Below are positions 58,227-64,000 of a stretch of DNA of 64,000 nucleotides, in pieces. The position numbers and the translations under genes are program-made. The stretch is taken from IMG/VR virus record IMGVR_UViG_3300026159_000398; one strand, given 5' to 3'. Numbering within the stretch: the first letter of the stretch is position 1; the number at the start of each line of letters is the position of its first letter. The stretch comes from a virus. Lineage: Duplodnaviria > Caudoviricetes. A model generated the notes under the pieces. That model worked only from the letters and a program-made list of their open reading frames with translations, searched no databases and was not told the origin of the DNA.

Positions 58227-58982
58227 TTAACGGAACAATTCTAGTGAATAATCAAGTATTCGTGCTGGAGTTTTCAAATCAATATAAGAACCGTCTGCTG
58301 TTTCTGGCAAATTAAACGACATCAACAATCGAGCATTGGTTGCTTTTGGAATATATCTAATTTGAATAATCGAGCCTGCTGGAGGTGGAATGAAAAATCG
58401 AATTGATGGATAAAAATTTTCACCGACTTCTTCATCATCAAAGTTAGGTGGATTTGCGCCAAACACTATCGAGAGGTCGTATGGAGATTTCCACGTAATT
58501 CCACCATCATCACTGAAGCTATGAATTGCGCTAGCCATGTGTTCACCAGAAAGAGTGAATATTGTTTGCGCTCCATTAGCAGTAAATGACTGAACTTTTG
58601 TGATTTCTGTTTTAGCGCCGATTGTAATGTCATTAAACAAATGAACATTATTTGAACCTTCTTTCCACAAGAGCAACATTGCCGTTGAAGGATTTGCTGG
58701 TTCACAATCTTCTTGAATGTAGTAACCGTCAACTTGAAGATTTCCACCAGCTAATGCTTGACCCAATCCATTATTACGTATGATTATTTCATATTGAATA
58801 TCAGGATTTGGAAGCTTATACCACCAAGTAAATGTCTCAAATGGCAAATCTACATCATCTGGAATATAGAGGTCAAATGATGTGTCATGAATTGCAGCGC
58901 CAGATTCTTTTTCAAGAATAACTACACGCGCTATTGGTGCTTCTTCGTTTCTGCGAAATTTTATTCCAATATACTTTGCCAT
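58227..58982 (-). CDS. virion structural protein
   Basis: FTANGAQTIFTL...F..PPPAGS.I.I.Y pattern. Confidence 0.6.
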   Translation of the reverse strand: MAKYIGIKFRRNEEAPIARVVILEKESGAAIHDTSFDLYIPDDVDLPFETFTWWYKLPNPDIQYEIIIRNNGLGQALAGGNLQVDGYYIQEDCEPANPSTAMLLLWKEGSNNVHLFNDITIGAKTEITKVQSFTANGAQTIFTLSGEHMASAIHSFSDDGGITWKSPYDLSIVFGANPPNFDDEEVGENFYPSIRFFIPPPAGSIIQIRYIPKATNARLLMSFNLPETADGSYIDLKTPARILDYSLELFR

Positions 58983-58991
58983 AGTTCCTCG

Positions 58992-61631
58992 TTAAACTGT
59001 CCAAACTGCGATGTCAGTAAGTCCAGCAGATTTGTAATATCCAACACCACTATCAGCTGTTGTACAATCAGGAGCGTAATTGTGATCAGAGCCATACATG
59101 TAGTGCATTGCATTTTCACGACCAGCGCCAGCGTTGTATTCCCATGTTGGTGCTTCAACAACAAGATGCTTGAAAATCTTGATATTGTCTATTGTCACAG
59201 AATCATTGATGACATGGAATTTGAAAGCGAAATCTCCAGCTGCCCACACTGGAATTGTGGCTGCCCATGTTATTTCAGTTCCATCTATCCAAATTCTTAT
59301 ACGTTCTGTATTTGCATGTAAGCTACCAGTTTGGTCCCACATAACATACACATGGTGGAATGTTGTTCCCAAAGATACAGAGAAATTCGAGAGAGCAAGA
59401 CGTTCAACAACTGGTAAGCTATTGATGTAAATATCCATGTGTGTTTCATCAAAATAGATGAAAGAGTTGGTTCCACCAAGATAAATAATAAATGCTGCTG
59501 TGCTGTTGGTTGCTTCTTCAATTTGAATCCAGAAAGACATTGTTCCTTGAGAGAGCTTATTACCAACAATTACAACGTCACCAATTGTCATTTCATCGAG
59601 ATTATCAACAGTGAAAGATGTTCCAGTTCCACCTGTTGTGAATGACGTAATTCCTCGAACTGCTGTAGTATTTCCAACCATAACAGTAACAATTTCACCT
59701 GGCAAAAATGTTTGTTCGCCAGCAAAAACGATTGTGGTTGAGTTAGTACCGCTTTGCGCAACAAATGATTGTTGATTGCTGTAACCAAATGGATAGACAT
59801 AACCAACATTTGTATATGCTCCAGTAGTTTGAATACCATAACCACCAAATTCTGTTTTGCCCGCTACAATAGAAAAGTTGTCTTCAGTAATTCCAGTTAC
59901 AAATGGAGTCTCGACATCTCTTAATGTTGGATTTGAAAGTTCAGCAACAGAATCACATTTACAAAAATAGTTTGGTCTTGGCAATACAAAACGACCACGA
60001 TTTGGGTCAACATAACATTGTGTTTTTGGTGGTGTTATGTTTGTCGTAGAAAGATCTGCAGCATATACTGCTAATCCAAGACCACCTGCTCCACTGAATC
60101 TAATATTTTTCGCATTGTCAACGATACGGAAAAATTTATTATTAGGAGAAGCTGAAAGAGGACCAGAAGCAGCGGTATCATAAATGCCACCTGATGGGTC
60201 ACCTTCATCTAATCTATCAAAACCGTTATTTGGGTCTTCAGCAACACTCGCATCAAGACGTTTACCATACTGATAATGAGTTCCAGCAAGAACTCCAGCA
60301 TATGCAGCATCTTTTAAAACTTCTTTAAAGCCAATATAACCTTCAGCATATTGAAAATTATTTGCAGCTTCAAGTTGAATTTGTGCGTTTGGTGCAGCTG
60401 TTGGTGGACGAAGTTGCCATGCCGCAGTTTCAAGAACACCACGTTTGTAATAACCAACGCGAGGGTACCAAAGATTTACGAATGTTGGATGCAAAAAGTT
60501 TTCATCATTACCAGTATATTCTGCTCCAGGAGCACTTAAGACATGATTCCAAACTTTGACATTATCAACATAAACAACAGCGTCAGTTTGAATGAGTGAG
60601 TGATTTTGTAATGTTCTTATTTGAAGATCGTTTACATTAAAATTGAGACCGCTCAAACTCATTACTGCTACATTATCAATATAAACTGTAATCGTAGTGG
60701 ATGCTCCAGTATCAGTGGCTGAAGACCATGTCACAGCTAAGTGATGCCATGCGTTACGAAAATTACCAGCAGTAATAGAAACTTCGCCAGCGCCGTTGAT
60801 ATTATATGCGTAACGTTGTCTTGCCCAAATAAAGTTTATGTCCGCAATGATACCAATGTATGTTGATGCGTTGAAATAAACATACAACATTGAATTGGAC
60901 CATGAGCCTTGTGTTAAATAGAACCAACATGTCAACGTACCTTTACCAAGGTTTTGTGACAATGTGAATGGTTTCAACGTAGAATAAGAATCACCCCAAC
61001 CATTATGATAATGGCGATACGCATAACCATATTTTCCTGGTTGAAAATCAAAGATAGCAGTTCCGCCCAATGGAAAATTAGAGCCGGTAAGAATAGTTGT
61101 TGGCATGCTATTTCCATATTGGATTATTGGGTAAACCCAAGAGCTTGTTGAACTTAAATTACTCCAGAAAATAGGACGCGGAAATAAAAACTTTCCTCTT
61201 TGAACATCAACATAAAATTGATTTGCTGGAGGTGATATGAGTTGGTTGTTTGCAAGAGTCAGATTTTTTGCAACTGGGCGAAGTCCAAGAGCACTTTTGA
61301 CGTTAGTTCCTGCACTGTTCATGACACGAAAATATTTATTTGCGGCAAAAGCAGATGCAGCGTTTTGTGTATCATAAATGTCATAAATAGATGGACTACC
61401 GTCTAGATAGTCATCTAGGCGGTAATCAATATTTTCTCTCAGTGATCCAACACTTCCAAGAAGCGCAAGACCACCACCGCTTTTATTTCCAAAAGTGCCG
61501 TAACCATAATAGTTATTAAGTGCACCTTCAGATAATACAGCAGCTGGTGGATTTGAGCCCGTACTCCAATCCCACGCATCTGCATTATATTCTATTGATG
61601 CATCAAATATATCGAGTGCTTTTGTTCGCAT
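58992..61631 (-). CDS. virion protein with two LamG-like repeats
   Basis: Duplicated D.RLD...IYD...F.R...YVD..RG.F..PRP plus G.TL..W...HH....W...DN.K units. Confidence 0.7.
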   Translation of the reverse strand: MRTKALDIFDASIEYNADAWDWSTGSNPPAAVLSEGALNNYYGYGTFGNKSGGGLALLGSVGSLRENIDYRLDDYLDGSPSIYDIYDTQNAASAFAANKYFRVMNSAGTNVKSALGLRPVAKNLTLANNQLISPPANQFYVDVQRGKFLFPRPIFWSNLSSTSSWVYPIIQYGNSMPTTILTGSNFPLGGTAIFDFQPGKYGYAYRHYHNGWGDSYSTLKPFTLSQNLGKGTLTCWFYLTQGSWSNSMLYVYFNASTYIGIIADINFIWARQRYAYNINGAGEVSITAGNFRNAWHHLAVTWSSATDTGASTTITVYIDNVAVMSLSGLNFNVNDLQIRTLQNHSLIQTDAVVYVDNVKVWNHVLSAPGAEYTGNDENFLHPTFVNLWYPRVGYYKRGVLETAAWQLRPPTAAPNAQIQLEAANNFQYAEGYIGFKEVLKDAAYAGVLAGTHYQYGKRLDASVAEDPNNGFDRLDEGDPSGGIYDTAASGPLSASPNNKFFRIVDNAKNIRFSGAGGLGLAVYAADLSTTNITPPKTQCYVDPNRGRFVLPRPNYFCKCDSVAELSNPTLRDVETPFVTGITEDNFSIVAGKTEFGGYGIQTTGAYTNVGYVYPFGYSNQQSFVAQSGTNSTTIVFAGEQTFLPGEIVTVMVGNTTAVRGITSFTTGGTGTSFTVDNLDEMTIGDVVIVGNKLSQGTMSFWIQIEEATNSTAAFIIYLGGTNSFIYFDETHMDIYINSLPVVERLALSNFSVSLGTTFHHVYVMWDQTGSLHANTERIRIWIDGTEITWAATIPVWAAGDFAFKFHVINDSVTIDNIKIFKHLVVEAPTWEYNAGAGRENAMHYMYGSDHNYAPDCTTADSGVGYYKSAGLTDIAVWTV

Positions 61632-61640
61632 GTCCGCCTC

Positions 61641-64000
61641 TTAAATTAACGTTCTTGTTGCAGGGCCACCATCATCTTTAATAGTAGCTCTATAATAATA
61701 ATATTTAGGGTCATCACAAATAAAGTCTATTGTTTCGTGCTGACATCTATTTTTTTGTTGACCAAAATGGAACATTTGATTTGAAGTAAAAGCAATTCCA
61801 TTCTTAGAATCAAAATCAACTTCTGACGCAGTAGTCAAGAATCTTGGTATTGATGTAGCTGTTATGTTTTCATAAATTGACCATTTATCCAGCATTCCAG
61901 TTGTTGCTTGAACAAACAATTGCTTTTGAATTACTCTTGTGGATGTGCTTGTACCAACGAAGATTTTATCTTCAAAAATATTTCCATTGTAAGTCGTAAA
62001 TGAAGCGACTCCATCGTTTTTATTGGCAACTGGGTCTACTATAGAAATGGTGTTTGTTCCTGTGCCAAAAATAATTGGTCTGTGTTCCCAAATATTTCCA
62101 ACTCTCCAGCAAGGAGAATTAGTAGCGATATCAACCATTGTTGTTACGCTTGGAACGGTAACATCTGTATATTCAGCACTTGTAAGAGTAGTAGTAATTG
62201 TCCAAACTGGTTTAAGTGCTCTTCTCAGAGTTGTGGTTCCATTTGTTCCAAATAAATATCCAGATGCAGGAAGCCATGGTGCTCCAATACCAGTAACTCC
62301 AGAAATAATTCTTTGTGGCGTTCTATTACCAAAACTATCCCAGTTAATTATCAACATACTCAATGTGCTGTTTGTGTTGATAATGACGAATGTTTTAGGA
62401 TTCATTTCAGAATAATCACTAGAATCATTCTTACTGAATGTTCTTGCAATGATTTTTGAACTGATTCCTGTGCTAGAGAATGTAAATCCGTTATCGGCAA
62501 CGCCTCTCACATAACCATTTCCACTGTTCTTGACTGAGAATGAACCATTAAATGATCTACGATAATATGTTGCATTGTCGCCAAAGTAGTATGAAATACC
62601 AGACTTAAGATCAAGCATGAACATTCCAAGTGTTGTACTTCCATTACTTTCAACAACATCCCAGAAAATCATGTCGTGATCGATACAAAGATTTCCAACA
62701 TAATAGTAGTCATGATTCGTTTTTGGACCAGCGAGATAACAATTACTTAAGTCAGCTCCACCCATCTTCAAGTTTTGAACACGAATTTTAGTAACATCAT
62801 AACGATAGTTGCCTGAGTTGTTAACGTCACTTAAAAATTCATCAAGATGGAATAGTAAAATACCAGCAGCTTGATATCCAGAACCGCCTACAAATGGACT
62901 GCGATATGCGTATGCCATGTAACTATTATCAGGGCAATTCAATTGATCATCGAATTCGCTTGGATTAAAAAATCTACTTGCTATCGGTGTTTTATCAACA
63001 ATAGTATATGTGCTTGTAATGAGGTTATTGTCATCAATAAATGTATTGACTTGCATAACATCATTATTTTCCAAGCTTTTAACGACTACGAAATTATTAC
63101 CAGTTTGAAGAGCAATAATATCTCCATTTTCATCAAAGTCGATACCGTTGATATTTGTTACAGCGGCAGCAACAACAAATGGAACATTATATACGTGTGA
63201 TCTCCACCATGCTGAATTGGATTGTTTTATAACTGGTAACACATGAATTTGTGATGAAACAGCGGTGTCTCCAGATACAACAAATATTTTTCCTGATTTG
63301 TATGCCAATCCACGATATGTTCCGCCTGTGACTGGTGTATCAGGAAGTTCATAAACATCAGCTGTCCATGCTGGTGTTCCTAGTGGATCTTCAAGAGTTC
63401 CAATAGTCGTGCTTGTTGCTTCAAGAACATACATGATACTGTCATCATAGTTCCATGCAAGCGCCACTGGACCACCAGTTGGAGTAGCGGTAGCTGTAAA
63501 GTCTCCACCGCCTCCACTTATTGCGTAACTGTGAGCATCATCAAAAACAAGACCACTTGTTAATCGATATGAGATATAAAGTGTTCCACTATTATCAGCC
63601 AACACGAACATATATTCATCACCATTTATTGTGACGAATTTAATATCAAAGATGGTTGTTACGCCAGTGATGCTGATGTATTGTGGTACTATACTTTGTG
63701 GATTGAATTGATAAACTCTAAAGTTGGTATTATTGGCTGTGTAATAATAACCATTAGCATCAACTCCGCAAGCAGTTGAATTAGATAGAACAGTGCCTGT
63801 AGTTTTAAATCCACCAATTTGATTTTCAGCCCACAGTCCACTTACAAGAGAACGTTGAGCCAAGAATTTTGCTGTGCTTCCAGCAACAGCCTCAAGAATA
63901 TCACCACGTTGGTTAATTGTAATACCGCCACCGGTTGCTACTTCACCTTCAGCAAAATCAAACAATCCAGAGCAACGAGCAATGTTTGTACTTGCGTCGT
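61641..64000 (-). CDS. large beta-rich virion protein (5' end likely beyond the window)
   Basis: Open frame to the window edge; Thr/Ser/Gly-rich, propeller-like. Confidence 0.65.
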   Translation of the reverse strand, partial: DASTNIARCSGLFDFAEGEVATGGGITINQRGDILEAVAGSTAKFLAQRSLVSGLWAENQIGGFKTTGTVLSNSTACGVDANGYYYTANNTNFRVYQFNPQSIVPQYISITGVTTIFDIKFVTINGDEYMFVLADNSGTLYISYRLTSGLVFDDAHSYAISGGGGDFTATATPTGGPVALAWNYDDSIMYVLEATSTTIGTLEDPLGTPAWTADVYELPDTPVTGGTYRGLAYKSGKIFVVSGDTAVSSQIHVLPVIKQSNSAWWRSHVYNVPFVVAAAVTNINGIDFDENGDIIALQTGNNFVVVKSLENNDVMQVNTFIDDNNLITSTYTIVDKTPIASRFFNPSEFDDQLNCPDNSYMAYAYRSPFVGGSGYQAAGILLFHLDEFLSDVNNSGNYRYDVTKIRVQNLKMGGADLSNCYLAGPKTNHDYYYVGNLCIDHDMIFWDVVESNGSTTLGMFMLDLKSGISYYFGDNATYYRRSFNGSFSVKNSGNGYVRGVADNGFTFSSTGISSKIIARTFSKNDSSDYSEMNPKTFVIINTNSTLSMLIINWDSFGNRTPQRIISGVTGIGAPWLPASGYLFGTNGTTTLRRALKPVWTITTTLTSAEYTDVTVPSVTTMVDIATNSPCWRVGNIWEHRPIIFGTGTNTISIVDPVANKNDGVASFTTYNGNIFEDKIFVGTSTSTRVIQKQLFVQATTGMLDKWSIYENITATSIPRFLTTASEVDFDSKNGIAFTSNQMFHFGQQKNRCQHETIDFICDDPKYYYYRATIKDDGGPATRTLI

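Noticed and set aside
1-64000. Stop-codon reassignment
   Set aside because: Conserved genes are intact in the standard code and end in TAA, TAG and TGA. The one in-motif TGA (21270) also needs a frame change, so readthrough does not explain it.
1-64000. tRNA or rRNA genes
   Set aside because: No cloverleaf or rRNA-like sequence was recognised in the short intergenic gaps.

Overview
This is 64 kb of an AT-rich, densely coded large (jumbo-type) bacteriophage genome. It reads in the standard genetic code and is mostly minus-strand. From left to right it contains: (1) the 5' part of a probable tmRNA-like RNA at the left edge; (2) nucleotide metabolism genes (class II RNR, guanylate kinase, MazG-like pyrophosphatase, HAD nucleotidase, dUTPase); (3) a DnaE-type DNA polymerase split into two genes about 3.4 kb apart, separated by two GIY-YIG endonucleases and small genes, with intein (Hint)-like but apparently non-splicing ends; (4) RNA repair and modification genes (CCA-adding enzyme, RNA ligase, SpoU methyltransferase, two metallophosphoesterases); (5) a MoxR AAA+/vWA pair under identical sigma70-like promoters; (6) UvsW-like helicase, RecA/UvsX, gp32-like SSB, a Tad2/DUF2829 protein and a PD-(D/E)XK nuclease; (7) a long tail-fibre/virion region. 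The strongest candidate for an undescribed system is a translationally coupled operon inside the tail-fibre region: radical SAM-SPASM enzyme, a protein with 27 Cys in a repetitive tail, a 140-aa unknown, and YcaO. It sits next to a double glycosyltransferase and a Gly/Ser/Thr-rich 41-aa peptide, and looks like RiPP-type chemistry possibly applied to virion proteins. Other signals are hairpins at all four endonuclease/downstream-gene junctions, a 7-nt stop-containing interruption that may be a ribosomal hop, and a phage-specific CTAAA-N20-TATAAT promoter feeding probable leaderless mRNAs. All calls come from motifs read by eye; no searches were run.
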